A program made the position numbers and the translations under genes. Below the pieces are notes generated by a model, which was not told the origin of the DNA, ran no database searches, and was given only the letters and a program-made list of their open reading frames with translations. Positions 1 through 8,567 of a stretch of 64,000 nt of DNA are shown one piece after another. The first letter of the stretch is position 1. The number at the start of each line of letters is the position of its first letter. The stretch is from positions 1 to 64,000 of the IMG/VR virus record IMGVR_UViG_3300005805_000060; one strand, given 5' to 3'. The DNA is from a virus (lineage: Duplodnaviria > Caudoviricetes).

Positions 1-374
1 GCCACCTCCCGCAGCCTCTCGATCTGGGCTTCGGCTTTCTCTGCGCGATCGACCAGCTCGGTCAGCCCGGCCAGCAGCGTCTTGCCGTTCATGTCTACAG
101 GCGACCCGTGCAGCTCGCTGGACAACTCACGCAGCCGCGCCTCGGCGTTCCCGCCGTGGCTCCACTGGTCGCCGCAGTTGCACGCAGAGATTTCGCACGA
201 CTTGCGGTATCCCTTCGACCGCAGGGCATGCTCAGCAGTTTCCAACGCCTCCCGCAGCCTCTCGACTTCGGCACTCAGCGTAGCCGTTGCGTGCTGGACA
301 CATTTGGCAGCGTAGGACTCTGGAGTTTCGTTTGGGTGGTTCCATGCAGGCGGCAGCTTGATTGGCTCGGTCAT
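1..374 (-). CDS. Hypothetical cassette-array protein, truncated by window start
   Basis: Manual translation MTEPIKLPPAWNHP...AEVERLREA...AEAQIERLREVA is open to base 1. GGAG SD and ATGA overlap with the stop of 371..751. Confidence 0.7.
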   Translation of the reverse strand, partial: MTEPIKLPPAWNHPNETPESYAAKCVQHATATLSAEVERLREALETAEHALRSKGYRKSCEISACNCGDQWSHGGNAEARLRELSSELHGSPVDMNGKTLLAGLTELVDRAEKAEAQIERLREV

Positions 375-751
375 TTCGTCTCCTTCAGTGCGACTTCATC
401 CAAAACTTTCCACGCCGCCCAGAACGCCGCCGCTTCTTCGTCGTCCATGTCGGTGACATGCTTTCGGCTGGTGTCAACCATCGCACCCAAAGCCGCACGC
501 AGCTTCTCGACCTCGGCTTCTGCTTTCTCGGCGCGCGCCGTGACATCGGCGCCGCCGCTGGCGCAGGCCGCGTACCACCTCTGAAGGGTGGTGAGTTCTT
601 TCAGCAACTCGGCGGTGTTCTGCTCGACGGCGAGGCGGTACTTGGCGAACGCCGCAGCGTCTAACTCAGCGCCGGTAAACTCTTGACCTTTCCATACCCA
701 TGTACCTTTGTCGAATATTTCCATCGGCGGCAGCTTGATCGGCTCGGTCAT
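371..751 (-). CDS. Hypothetical cassette-array protein
   Basis: Starts MTEPIKLPP like the downstream gene, contains AEVEKLR and ends KETK with SD and ATGA coupling. Confidence 0.7.
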   Translation of the reverse strand: MTEPIKLPPMEIFDKGTWVWKGQEFTGAELDAAAFAKYRLAVEQNTAELLKELTTLQRWYAACASGGADVTARAEKAEAEVEKLRAALGAMVDTSRKHVTDMDDEEAAAFWAAWKVLDEVALKETK

Positions 752-987
752 TTCGGCTCCTTGGCGCGGTAGAGTGCAATGGTGTGCGAACCGAACACGG
801 TGTCATGGCGCACAGGCGCAAGGATTTCCATGTTCGGACTCATCCACGCATCCGGCGCGTCCTCCGCCACAATGCATTTTTCGTACTTCGCGGCGAGGGC
901 GTCTATCTGATCCATGGCTTCCTCTCGGCAGTCACTGTTGCGGACAATTGACCAGCACGCCTCAAGCACTTCGGAAATGGGGATCAT
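748..987 (-). CDS. Hypothetical cassette-array protein
   Basis: ATGA-coupled at both ends with AAGGAG SD. Confidence 0.65.
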   Translation of the reverse strand: MIPISEVLEACWSIVRNSDCREEAMDQIDALAAKYEKCIVAEDAPDAWMSPNMEILAPVRHDTVFGSHTIALYRAKEPK

Positions 988-1097
988 GCTTTCTCCTTCA
1001 GCAATCGCAACAAGCGACGGCGCTCTATCCTTCTCTGATGGGCGTTGCCGCTCAGTCCAATCGTATGATTTCCGATTCGTATTGTGCGGTACGTCAC
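984..1097 (-). CDS. Small basic hypothetical protein (37 aa, GTG start)
   Basis: AGGAGAAAGCATC-GTG with GTGA overlap on the stop of the upstream gene; ends KEKA with ATGA coupling. Confidence 0.5.
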   Translation of the reverse strand: MTYRTIRIGNHTIGLSGNAHQRRIERRRLLRLLKEKA

Positions 1098-1336
1098 GAT
1101 GCTTTCTCCTTGGCGAGGGCGGCGCGGAGGGCTTTCTTTGCTGGGTAAATCAACCGCCCCATGTTCTGCGGCTGCACAGTCTCCAACGCCTCCAGCGCCT
1201 GCCCTGCCACCGCCCGCAGCCTCTCGACCTCGGCATGCAACCGGCGCAGTTCGGCGGCGGCATCGCGTCTCGTCCAAGTGGGGCTTCCGTGCATCAGTCG
1301 GTCAGCCAGCAGCAGCGCTTCAGGTTGATCAGTCAT
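1094..1336 (-). CDS. Hypothetical cassette-array protein (MTDQPEALLLADRL...)
   Basis: Start reassigned to the ATG at 1336 (SD GGAG, ATGA overlap); AAAELRRLHAEVERLR motif. Confidence 0.7.
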   Translation of the reverse strand: MTDQPEALLLADRLMHGSPTWTRRDAAAELRRLHAEVERLRAVAGQALEALETVQPQNMGRLIYPAKKALRAALAKEKAS

Positions 1337-1614
1337 TTCGTCTCCTTCACGTCGGGCAGCGGAGTCCAGTGGGTAGAGTGAACAAACAGCGGATCGCATA
1401 TCCATGAATCGCCGTCCTTGCCCCAGAACAGTTTTTCGCCGTCGTACTCGTCATCGCATGCGTGCGGCCGCAACGTCGTCAGCCGCGCCAGTTCGGCCCG
1501 CAGCCTCTCGACCTCGGCCTTCGCGGCGGTGAGTTCGCGCTCAAGCTGGCGGGCGTGATCTCCGCTATAAATGCCCGCCCCTTCTAACGCATCCGTCCTC
1601 GGCGTGTCACTCAT
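1333..1614 (-). CDS. Hypothetical cassette-array protein (MSDTPRTDA...)
   Basis: GGAGGGAG SD before the ATG at 1614; AEVERLR motif; C-terminal THWTPLP-like motif typical of small phage accessory proteins. Confidence 0.7.
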   Translation of the reverse strand: MSDTPRTDALEGAGIYSGDHARQLERELTAAKAEVERLRAELARLTTLRPHACDDEYDGEKLFWGKDGDSWICDPLFVHSTHWTPLPDVKETK

Positions 1615-1647
1615 CTTCTCCCTCCTTCCCAAGATCAATAGTGTGCT

Positions 1648-1678
1648 AGTATACTGCTAATCAAAATTCTGGTCAACC
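1648..1678 (-). promoter_or_regulatory. Sigma70-type early promoter GG-TTGACC-17-TATACT
   Basis: -35 at 1671-1676, -10 at 1648-1653, 17-bp spacer. Confidence 0.8.
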
Positions 1679-1881
1679 GGGGGACCCACGTAGGTCAATT
1701 CTTGCTGAAACACTATCACATGGGTGCGCCGTGCGTGCCCAAACAGGCGGGGCTGATCCAGCAGCACAGTGTGCCATATGCTGCCGTCGTGACCAAGACG
1801 GCTTGCGGTCACTGTTCCATTCACATGATTAACACCTTGATAGATACCAGATACTCGTTGCCCCTGTAGACTGTAACTCAT
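1657..1881 (-). CDS. Hypothetical early protein
   Basis: AGGAG SD before the ATG; 74-aa ORF. Confidence 0.65.
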   Translation of the reverse strand: MSYSLQGQRVSGIYQGVNHVNGTVTASRLGHDGSIWHTVLLDQPRLFGHARRTHVIVFQQELTYVGPPVDQNFD

Positions 1882-1954
1882 GCTCGCTCCTGTCTATCAT
1901 GATACCACAGACACACAGTATAACTGACCCTGAGTACCGTGGTCAAGCGTGCGA

Positions 1955-2299
1955 TCAAGCCTGTACACGTTCACGCACGTCAGTATTTAAGTTGGGGCGC
2001 AGGCGCCGTATCAGTTCGCGCTCTTGTGCATGCGCTTCAGCTTTGCCGCGAATCACAGCCACGATCTCCACTATGAACGCTGCGGGGCCACGCTCGCGCA
2101 TGGCCTCGTACAGGCGCCAGCTCTTGTCCTCGCTGCGACTACGATACACATGTTTGTTGAAGCGAATTTTCACCGAGCGCAGCACAGTGCTCGCAGTCTT
2201 GGCCGTAACTCCGATATAAAAGTCATGCCCTGAGCGTATGCAGTAGATCACATGAGTACGATCGCTGCGCTTTTTGCGGGGTTTTTTCTTAGTGTCCAT
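1955..2299 (-). CDS. Small GIY-YIG family nuclease
   Basis: VIY...YIG motif, conserved R..H, then E and N (ERELIRRLRPNLN). Confidence 0.75.
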   Translation of the reverse strand: MDTKKKPRKKRSDRTHVIYCIRSGHDFYIGVTAKTASTVLRSVKIRFNKHVYRSRSEDKSWRLYEAMRERGPAAFIVEIVAVIRGKAEAHAQERELIRRLRPNLNTDVRERVQA

Positions 2300-2305
2300 G
2301 ATTGT

Positions 2306-2336
2306 ATTATACCAGAATTGGTGATTCTGGTCAACC
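2306..2336 (-). promoter_or_regulatory. Sigma70-type early promoter GG-TTGACC-17-TATAAT
   Basis: -35 at 2329-2334, -10 at 2306-2311; the ATG lies about 7 nt downstream. Confidence 0.85.
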
Positions 2337-2360
2337 AGGCCCGCTAAAAAAATCCTTGTT

Positions 2361-2398
2361 AAATCAATGACTTACAGCGCCTGCTAAGTCATTGATTT
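2361..2398. promoter_or_regulatory. Inverted pair of IHF-consensus boxes (AAATCAATGACTTA-10-TAAGTCATTGATTT)
   Basis: Perfect 14-bp inverted repeat; each arm fits WATCAANNNNTTR; second copy at 34960-35003. Confidence 0.65.
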
Positions 2399-2839
2399 GT
2401 AAGAGATTTTTGTCCACAGGTCGGACTGGGCAAGATCTAGGGCTCGCAGCACCTGATCCTGGGGCAGACCCGACTGCTGATAGCCGTGTAGCACGGTATC
2501 TAGGTACAGTTGATCGGGAGGTGCTAGCTCAGACGCCGAGTTGCGCATGCGGTAGATCAGAGCCTGGTGCTGAGCACCGCACTCGTCGAGTACCGGCACC
2601 CAATCCCGGGTATAATAGACCGGATAGCCCTCTAGACTGTCTAGACTCTGCAGGCACTGGGGAGTGATCAACCACAAGGCACACCATACCAGTTCAACAG
2701 GGTCTGGACGCACGTCGCAATGCATGCTGAACGTCAGGGCATGCTCGTGCAGTGCTGCCCGACCACGAAAGCGTGCATGAGGACAGCGCCAGGCCATCTC
2801 GTCCCAATTGGTGTTCATGCCATAGGCCAGATACAGCAT
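2384..2839 (-). CDS. Gamma-glutamylcyclotransferase (GGCT/AIG2-like)
   Basis: YLAYGMN start, LDSLEGYP and Y.R motifs. Confidence 0.8.
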   Translation of the reverse strand: MLYLAYGMNTNWDEMAWRCPHARFRGRAALHEHALTFSMHCDVRPDPVELVWCALWLITPQCLQSLDSLEGYPVYYTRDWVPVLDECGAQHQALIYRMRNSASELAPPDQLYLDTVLHGYQQSGLPQDQVLRALDLAQSDLWTKISYKSMT

Positions 2840-4224
2840 TAGAGTTTCTCGCCTGCCTCAAAGCCCCGGAACCGCAAGAAGCGCGGAAACCTCAGGCTCC
2901 AGGATCCGTCTTGGTTTTGCGTGACCGCGTCAGCTTCGACTTCAACCACAAAATCGCGAAGCTGATTGCGCCGGGCCCAGAACTCATCGCGATCGCTATC
3001 AGAAAAACCACCGCCAACATTGACATGTATAGTACGTCCATTATCCTCTCCTTCACACACAAAGGCACCCAGGCGTCCCAGGTTGCGTCCGGTGCCTTCT
3101 TCGAACCCAACAATAGTTAGATCGAAGCTTTGCACAGGCTTCCATTTCATCCACGAACTGCTGCGCTTGCACTGATAGGGTGCATCTAGATCCTTGATCA
3201 TGACGCCCTCAAAACCGTTGTCCACGGCATCACGGCTGTAGCGACGCAGCTGATCCTGCCCTGCCGCAGTGTCCAGATCTACTGCAAGTCCATCCATGAC
3301 ACGTAGGCAGTCGGTGGATTGCAGGGTGTCGCGAGCCCGCTCCAGCTGTTCCAAGCGACGGCTCTGCTGCATGTTGTAATGACCTTCTTCAAATGCTGAC
3401 AGAGGTAGGACATCAAAGATGTGATACACCATGTTCACGGTGTTGGCATTGCCCTTGCGATGCGCCTGGCGCATGAGCTTTTGAAAACTTTCTCCCACCA
3501 CTTCACCGTCTAGCACAAAGGGAAAGGTCAAGCCAAACGCACGACGATTGGATTCAATAGCTTCCTGGATATGCGGGAAGTTTTCAAATACCCGGCCATT
3601 ACGGCTGTACAGCGTGGTGCCCGTGGCAGTGACCACAGCCAACACACGCACACCATCCAGCTTGACTTCCAGTCGCTTGCGGCCCTGCATCTTGGCCGGA
3701 TGGCCTTCGCTGTCCTGGGCCAGCTGACAAGTGAACACCGGTATGCGCCAGGCGGTCCGGCCCACTACCTTGTTGATGGTCTTTTCTGACACGCCGCAGC
3801 GAAGATCCTTGATCAGCACACGGCGTGCCATCATGTTCCACTCGTCACTGTCAAACTGCTGACTCAGCACATCAATGGCTTCGCGGGCAGAATTACCAGT
3901 CACCGATCGTGTGCGCAGGCTCTCCAGGAGAGCCCAGAACTGGGGCCATGGATTGCTCTGTTCCGTGATGTCTTGAGTCTCGGGCACCTGTCGAATGTTG
4001 TAGGTCCAGAAAGGATTGTAGGTTGCATAGCAGTTGAACAAAAATGCCTGGGCATCGGCGCTGCCCAGTTTAGCGGCCATCAGGGCTTTCTCCAGCACCC
4101 GTTCTTTGTGCAAGCGGCTGTCGCTGCTTTCTAGCTCGTGAATCCACCCTGCGGCTACTCGGATGCCTCGGAATCTTTCATGTTCGGTGTCCAGGATATT
4201 TACTGTCTTGAGGCGCATACCCAT
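2839..4224 (-). CDS. lig: ATP-dependent DNA ligase (T4 gp30-like)
   Basis: KLDGVR adenylation motif, DGE, EGVMIKD, WMKWKP and C-terminal OB fold SLRFPRF. Confidence 0.95.
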   Translation of the reverse strand: MGMRLKTVNILDTEHERFRGIRVAAGWIHELESSDSRLHKERVLEKALMAAKLGSADAQAFLFNCYATYNPFWTYNIRQVPETQDITEQSNPWPQFWALLESLRTRSVTGNSAREAIDVLSQQFDSDEWNMMARRVLIKDLRCGVSEKTINKVVGRTAWRIPVFTCQLAQDSEGHPAKMQGRKRLEVKLDGVRVLAVVTATGTTLYSRNGRVFENFPHIQEAIESNRRAFGLTFPFVLDGEVVGESFQKLMRQAHRKGNANTVNMVYHIFDVLPLSAFEEGHYNMQQSRRLEQLERARDTLQSTDCLRVMDGLAVDLDTAAGQDQLRRYSRDAVDNGFEGVMIKDLDAPYQCKRSSSWMKWKPVQSFDLTIVGFEEGTGRNLGRLGAFVCEGEDNGRTIHVNVGGGFSDSDRDEFWARRNQLRDFVVEVEADAVTQNQDGSWSLRFPRFLRFRGFEAGEKL

Positions 4225-4439
4225 CAGTTAATTCTCCCTAGCACTTGCCAGATCAGTTCGTCTAGTTCACGTTGGTAACTATGACCCAGTTTACGCTGTT
4301 CGTAGATTTTGGTCAAGCTCTCTGTGACATCAATACTATTGATGTCACACCCTCGGCTTTTCAGCTCGTCAACAAGCTCTTCGGTGTCAAATTCGTCCAA
4401 CGTGACGTCTACTTCGACTTCGACTGTGCGATATACCAT
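4224..4439 (-). CDS. Small acidic hypothetical protein
   Basis: AGGAG SD before the ATG at 4439; stop overlaps the ligase start. Confidence 0.65.
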   Translation of the reverse strand: MVYRTVEVEVDVTLDEFDTEELVDELKSRGCDINSIDVTESLTKIYEQRKLGHSYQRELDELIWQVLGRIN

Positions 4440-4462
4440 GAACACTCCTATTGAATTCAAGC

Positions 4463-4491
4463 ATTGTACACTAGGAGTGTTTTGCAGTCAA
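4463..4491 (-). promoter_or_regulatory. Sigma70-type promoter TTGACT-17-TACAAT
   Basis: -35 at 4486-4491, -10 at 4463-4468. Confidence 0.75.
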
Positions 4492-4511
4492 CCGTTGCTA
4501 AGTTATTGATT

Positions 4512-5330
4512 TTATGTAGATAAATTGGACTGCGTGTAAACGCGAGCTTCGGCCACAGTGTAATTGGCATTACCTAGCTGGGCCTGTGGGGGCTGAGTGG
4601 TGGGTTGATCAGGCACGGCATTATCCCTTCCAATTCCAACACTGTCTAGAGCAGCATCATTGCGGCTCTGGCGTAGGCAACCAATTAGGGCCTGTCCAGC
4701 CTGGGAAGCCGTGTTGGCCACGCTTTCTAGATACTGAGCACTCATTCCAACTTCGGTGTCGGTGCCCTGTTGATCCAGACCCACAATGAACGCAGTCACA
4801 GGAAGCTGAGCCGTGTTGGGCAAGGTTCCCAGATCGATGCTGGCTGCGGCCTGCGCAGTGTCAGACTTGGCCCAGGCCACACTCATGGTGGTCCAGGTAG
4901 TGTTGGCCTCGGTAACTAGCCCGGTCACCGAGTCTGTTCCAATTATCACACCAATCTCATCATCTGCGGCCTGAATCAGTGCTACCAAGGCATCATCATA
5001 ACTGGAGTAAATTCCGGCTGCCGGGCCCAAAGGAATGGTAATAGTGGGTGGAGTACCATAGGTGCTGTCTACCACGCTGACCATCTGTGTGTACAGTAGA
5101 TCTAGATTGGCAGTGACTGGATTTGATATCAAGGTCACTGCTGATTCCAGTGCAGGATTTTCTCTGATGCCCGAAGCCCCGGGCAAGAGATCCGTGATCA
5201 AAAACGTGCGGTTGGGTCCAGTGCCCTGGGCCAAGGGTCCCGAATAAAATGATGCCACCGCGGCAGATATGGGAGTGACCACATTGGCCACAAGATCCAG
5301 TCCTTTAAGAGTTTGTAGGGGCGTGGTCAT
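4512..5330 (-). CDS. Putative virion (baseplate/tail) protein
   Basis: A/T/G/S-rich 272-aa ORF in the operon following PAAR; ATGA coupled. Confidence 0.55.
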   Translation of the reverse strand: MTTPLQTLKGLDLVANVVTPISAAVASFYSGPLAQGTGPNRTFLITDLLPGASGIRENPALESAVTLISNPVTANLDLLYTQMVSVVDSTYGTPPTITIPLGPAAGIYSSYDDALVALIQAADDEIGVIIGTDSVTGLVTEANTTWTTMSVAWAKSDTAQAAASIDLGTLPNTAQLPVTAFIVGLDQQGTDTEVGMSAQYLESVANTASQAGQALIGCLRQSRNDAALDSVGIGRDNAVPDQPTTQPPQAQLGNANYTVAEARVYTQSNLST

Positions 5331-6460
5331 AATATGGCAGCTACCTCTGGTAATCGAACCAAAGCCAAGTTCTTGACTTGACCAAAGGCCACCTGTATAG
5401 CTCGGTTGGCTGCTGCCTGATCCTGGGGCAAAATCTTGGCCAGTTGATCACACCCCTCGGGTACCAGGGAGCCGCTGTTGAGCACAACGGGTATTGTGCT
5501 GTTGACAGATGTACCAGTGTCATATATTAGAATATCGCCTGTGGGAGTGGGCAGGGTGAGACTGGTATAGCTGCGGGGGAATATCAATACAGGATTTAGT
5601 AGATCACACATGGCCTTGATATTGGCGGTGGTCACGTCCAGTATGGTCAACACATCCACGAGATCTGCACCGGTGATGTTGCACAGAGCAGGATAGGCCT
5701 GTTTTTGCAGTCGATCAAATTGGTTTTCAGTGAGACCCCCGGGATTGAACAAGCTCTGCCGATTTTGAGTAATTAGATCCCGTATGTCTTGATTGGTCAA
5801 GCCCTGCTGTTGCAGAGCGGTCTGTACAGCAGGCAAGGTGCCTCCGATCATGTTACCTTGCTCACTGAGCTTGGCCAGCAGAGCCGAGGGCGTGCCAAAG
5901 TCGTCAAAGTCAAACAGGTTACCTAACTCGCGGAGATCCTCACCAAACGCAGGCAATGCAGCATTCACTCGCATGAGATCGCCTGTGATCAGATTGTTCT
6001 GATTGGTGAACGTGGGTCCTAGATAATTGTTGGCATTGACTGCACTTTCTATCACGTTATTGGTCAGACCTATGTACCCCTGAGCAGCCGAAAAGGCCTG
6101 CACAAATACCGCAGCATTACTCATCACAGCGTTGGCAGAACTCATGATATTGGCTATCAAACCCGCATCGCCTATACTAGCTGTGAGATTACTGGGTAGG
6201 CTATCTCCCAGGCAGGGCAGATAGTTGGCCGACACATTGGCTCCTAGAGACTTGAGACTGTCCAAAACTGGTGCACTGATACTGATAGTGCCATTTCCCG
6301 CCGCTTCTGAGATCACAAACAAGAGATTGCCCACTAGTCCGGTGCCCTCATAGCTGGCACGATTGGTAGTAAACTGGGCATTGACCGTGAACGCGGTGTT
6401 GTTATACACACCCACTCCTGCAGTCAAGGCCAGAGGCGTAGTGGTGCTGGTCTGGGCCAT
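5327..6460 (-). CDS. Putative virion (baseplate/tail) protein
   Basis: 377 aa, directly downstream of PAAR. Confidence 0.55.
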   Translation of the reverse strand: MAQTSTTTPLALTAGVGVYNNTAFTVNAQFTTNRASYEGTGLVGNLLFVISEAAGNGTISISAPVLDSLKSLGANVSANYLPCLGDSLPSNLTASIGDAGLIANIMSSANAVMSNAAVFVQAFSAAQGYIGLTNNVIESAVNANNYLGPTFTNQNNLITGDLMRVNAALPAFGEDLRELGNLFDFDDFGTPSALLAKLSEQGNMIGGTLPAVQTALQQQGLTNQDIRDLITQNRQSLFNPGGLTENQFDRLQKQAYPALCNITGADLVDVLTILDVTTANIKAMCDLLNPVLIFPRSYTSLTLPTPTGDILIYDTGTSVNSTIPVVLNSGSLVPEGCDQLAKILPQDQAAANRAIQVAFGQVKNLALVRLPEVAAIL

Positions 6461-6747
6461 TAGTTGACTCTCACGTTGGAACTTCCGGCTGTGCGTGGAT
6501 GACCACAGGTGTCGCAGTCTAATTCTGAACGTATCACAGGTACTCCGCCGGCACGCACGCTGGAACTACCACCCGAAGTCACTGCCGAACAGTGTATGCC
6601 ACAACCGGGTTGTCCGCAACAGGGATGTGGAGTTACCGGCATGCCAGCAATCACCATGGCGCGGCCGTTGACTCTGACAGAGGCAACGCCGGCAGTTACT
6701 ATGCCACCGGCGGTGTTGGGATCTCCTACGCGCTGCGCATTGGGCAT
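6460..6747 (-). CDS. PAAR-repeat spike tip protein (T4 gp5.4-like)
   Basis: RVGD...G...V.VNG, TPHPCC...HC, D.CGH...GSSNVRV pattern. Confidence 0.9.
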   Translation of the reverse strand: MPNAQRVGDPNTAGGIVTAGVASVRVNGRAMVIAGMPVTPHPCCGQPGCGIHCSAVTSGGSSSVRAGGVPVIRSELDCDTCGHPRTAGSSNVRVN

Positions 6748-6748
6748 G

Positions 6749-7048
6749 TTAGCTCATCAATATTTTCTTCTCAGGCACACGCAGACCGGTGGTAGCTTCG
6801 ATGTATTTCACTCGCACTGATTCATCGGTGAGCACATGCATGCTGATACTATGAGTATTTATAGTAACTGGTTCTCGTGCATCTGCGGTGAACAGGCTAG
6901 GAACCAACCCCATGCCCTGAGGTCCAGGGGCTATGCTGACCGGTTGCTCGGCCATGACATGACCTGTGGCCACATCAGTGATCTTGGCCACCAATTCTTC
7001 TCCACTGCCCAATTTGATAGTGTAGATCTCGCCTGCTTTTATAGTCAT
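6749..7048 (-). CDS. Conserved phage hypothetical protein (possible Sm-like fold)
   Basis: TIKLGSGEELVAK N-terminus seen in T4-like phage hypotheticals (from memory). Confidence 0.6.
   Translation of the reverse strand: MTIKAGEIYTIKLGSGEELVAKITDVATGHVMAEQPVSIAPGPQGMGLVPSLFTADAREPVTINTHSISMHVLTDESVRVKYIEATTGLRVPEKKILMS
6856..6863 (-). promoter_or_regulatory. T4-type late promoter TATAAATA upstream of the PAAR operon
   Basis: Exact TATAAATA about 110 nt upstream of the PAAR start. Confidence 0.6.
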
Positions 7049-7275
7049 GCTTGCTCCGTGAGTAGTTGACGCAGTTCAGTAAATCCGCCTACCAGTTTGT
7101 CATCTAGAAAAATCTGGGGCACCGTACGAGCGCCGGGCACTGCTTCCAGCAGTTGTTCGCGGGTGAACCCACGGTTGATGTTGCGTTCTTCAAATTCAAT
7201 TCCTCTACTGCTCAACAGCCGTTTGGCCTGGTCGCAGTAGGGGCATTGGTCTTTCGTGTACATGACAGCTTTCAT
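7045..7275 (-). CDS. grx: Glutaredoxin
   Basis: CPYC, TVPQIF and GGFTEL motifs; AGGAG SD before the ATG at 7275. Confidence 0.95.
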   Translation of the reverse strand: MKAVMYTKDQCPYCDQAKRLLSSRGIEFEERNINRGFTREQLLEAVPGARTVPQIFLDDKLVGGFTELRQLLTEQA

Positions 7276-7374
7276 AAAATCTCCTAAATTTTGATCATGT
7301 GTAACTATTGACAGAGTCAAATGCTTTTTTGTCTGGTGTGAATCGTCAAAAATCAGTCCTGATCCAGACACTGT

Positions 7375-8478
7375 TTAAAGATCAGGAAGTTCGTCATAGT
7401 CAAGAAAATCAGACATAGACCCAATCACGTAATTGGTGCTCTCTGACTCTTGCAGTGCAGTTTGTTTCTTGCTGGTGTCCACGTGCTTGCGAAACCAGGG
7501 GATGGGTGTGGTGCGAGGTGCAGCTTCCAGATACCGAATTCCAATCTCCCGCAGTGCTGCGGCCGCAGTAAAGTCGACAAATTCTCGTAGTATGTTGGCG
7601 TTGAGACCAATCACAGGACCTTTACGGAACAGATAGTCGGCCCAGAGTTTTTCTTCCTGGATCACGTCCTGGTACATGGCATAGACTTCTTGCTCACATT
7701 CATCACGTGCGGCCGCAAATCGTGGATCTTCCTTGACCACTTGATTGATGATCCAGGCTGTCCAGTCTCGATGCAGGATCTCGTCTTGAAGGATAAGGCC
7801 GATGATGTTGCCGTTGCCTATGAATATGCGGTTTTCCACCATGGCCAGGCTGGTAGCGAACGACACCATGAAACGGAACGCTTCTAGAGCATAGCTGGCA
7901 TGTAGTGCTAACCAAATTGCCTTGATATGTTCTTTTTCTGTGACATTGTTGGGATTGAGTTCATGGTGACAGTTCAGTCTGTGCAGGTAATCGTAATGCT
8001 CTCCCACGCTACTTGCCATGCTCACAATCTCTTGGGTGTCATGAATGGTGTTGAACGCATCCTTGGGCACATTGTAGATGTTGCGTATGATGTGACTGTA
8101 GCTGCGGCTGTGGATGTTGGTCTCAAACATTGACCATATCAGCACCAGTGCCTCAAGCTCTGGCAGAGAAATAACAGGTGTAAACACTTGAACAGGACCG
8201 CGACCTTGCAGACTATCCAACGCTGTCTGCCGGAGTAGATTACTGGTGAATATGTGTTTCACAGTGTCACCGGCCTCTTTGAAATCAGAGGCATCTTTGG
8301 TCAGAGAAATTTCCTCTGGAACCCAAAAAAACCCTCTCTGTTCCTGTTCAAATTTGGCAAGTTTATTATACTTTGCTTCTTCAAATCGTTGTATGGTCAC
8401 TGGACCGGCAGGGTCCAAAAACATTGTACGATTGAGGTAATTCGTTGGTTTGCTTAAATCATACTGCGCTTTACTCAT
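7375..8478 (-). CDS. nrdB: Ribonucleotide reductase class Ia beta subunit
   Basis: FWVPEEISL, ETNIHSRSY, LEAFRFMVSF and DEILH diiron motifs. Confidence 0.97.
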   Translation of the reverse strand: MSKAQYDLSKPTNYLNRTMFLDPAGPVTIQRFEEAKYNKLAKFEQEQRGFFWVPEEISLTKDASDFKEAGDTVKHIFTSNLLRQTALDSLQGRGPVQVFTPVISLPELEALVLIWSMFETNIHSRSYSHIIRNIYNVPKDAFNTIHDTQEIVSMASSVGEHYDYLHRLNCHHELNPNNVTEKEHIKAIWLALHASYALEAFRFMVSFATSLAMVENRIFIGNGNIIGLILQDEILHRDWTAWIINQVVKEDPRFAAARDECEQEVYAMYQDVIQEEKLWADYLFRKGPVIGLNANILREFVDFTAAAALREIGIRYLEAAPRTTPIPWFRKHVDTSKKQTALQESESTNYVIGSMSDFLDYDELPDL

Positions 8479-8567
8479 TTAAATTTCTTCCATTTATAAT
8501 CTTTATTGGGAACCCAATCATTCCGACGGTATTTCTCTAAATTCCATATAAGGAGCACAAGTATCCT
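8475..8567 (-). pseudogene. Probable 3' remnant of a deleted gene (or micro-ORF) between nrdA and nrdB
   Basis: Open frame RILVLLIWNLEKYRRNDWVPNKDYKWKKFK* whose TGA overlaps the nrdB ATG; AT-rich. Confidence 0.4.

Larger units (their letters stand above)
10..1518 (-). repeat. Dispersed 20-bp in-frame repeat CGCAGCCTCTCGACCTCGGC (encodes AEVERLR on minus strand), 5 copies
   Basis: Copies at 10-29, 253-272, 498-517, 1215-1234 and 1499-1518 with 0-3 mismatches. Confidence 0.85.

Noticed and set aside
10-1518. CRISPR array suggested by the recurring 20-bp repeat
   Set aside because: Spacing is irregular (243-717 bp), all copies are in-frame coding (AEVERLR), and there is no leader or cas gene.
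82-2233. Plus-strand ORFs over the cassette array
   Set aside because: They are shadows of the SD-linked, coupled minus-strand genes in GC-rich DNA.
7299-7321. TTGAC-TCT-GTCAA palindrome and possible promoter before glutaredoxin
   Set aside because: No convincing -10 at 16-18 bp, and only a single short palindrome.
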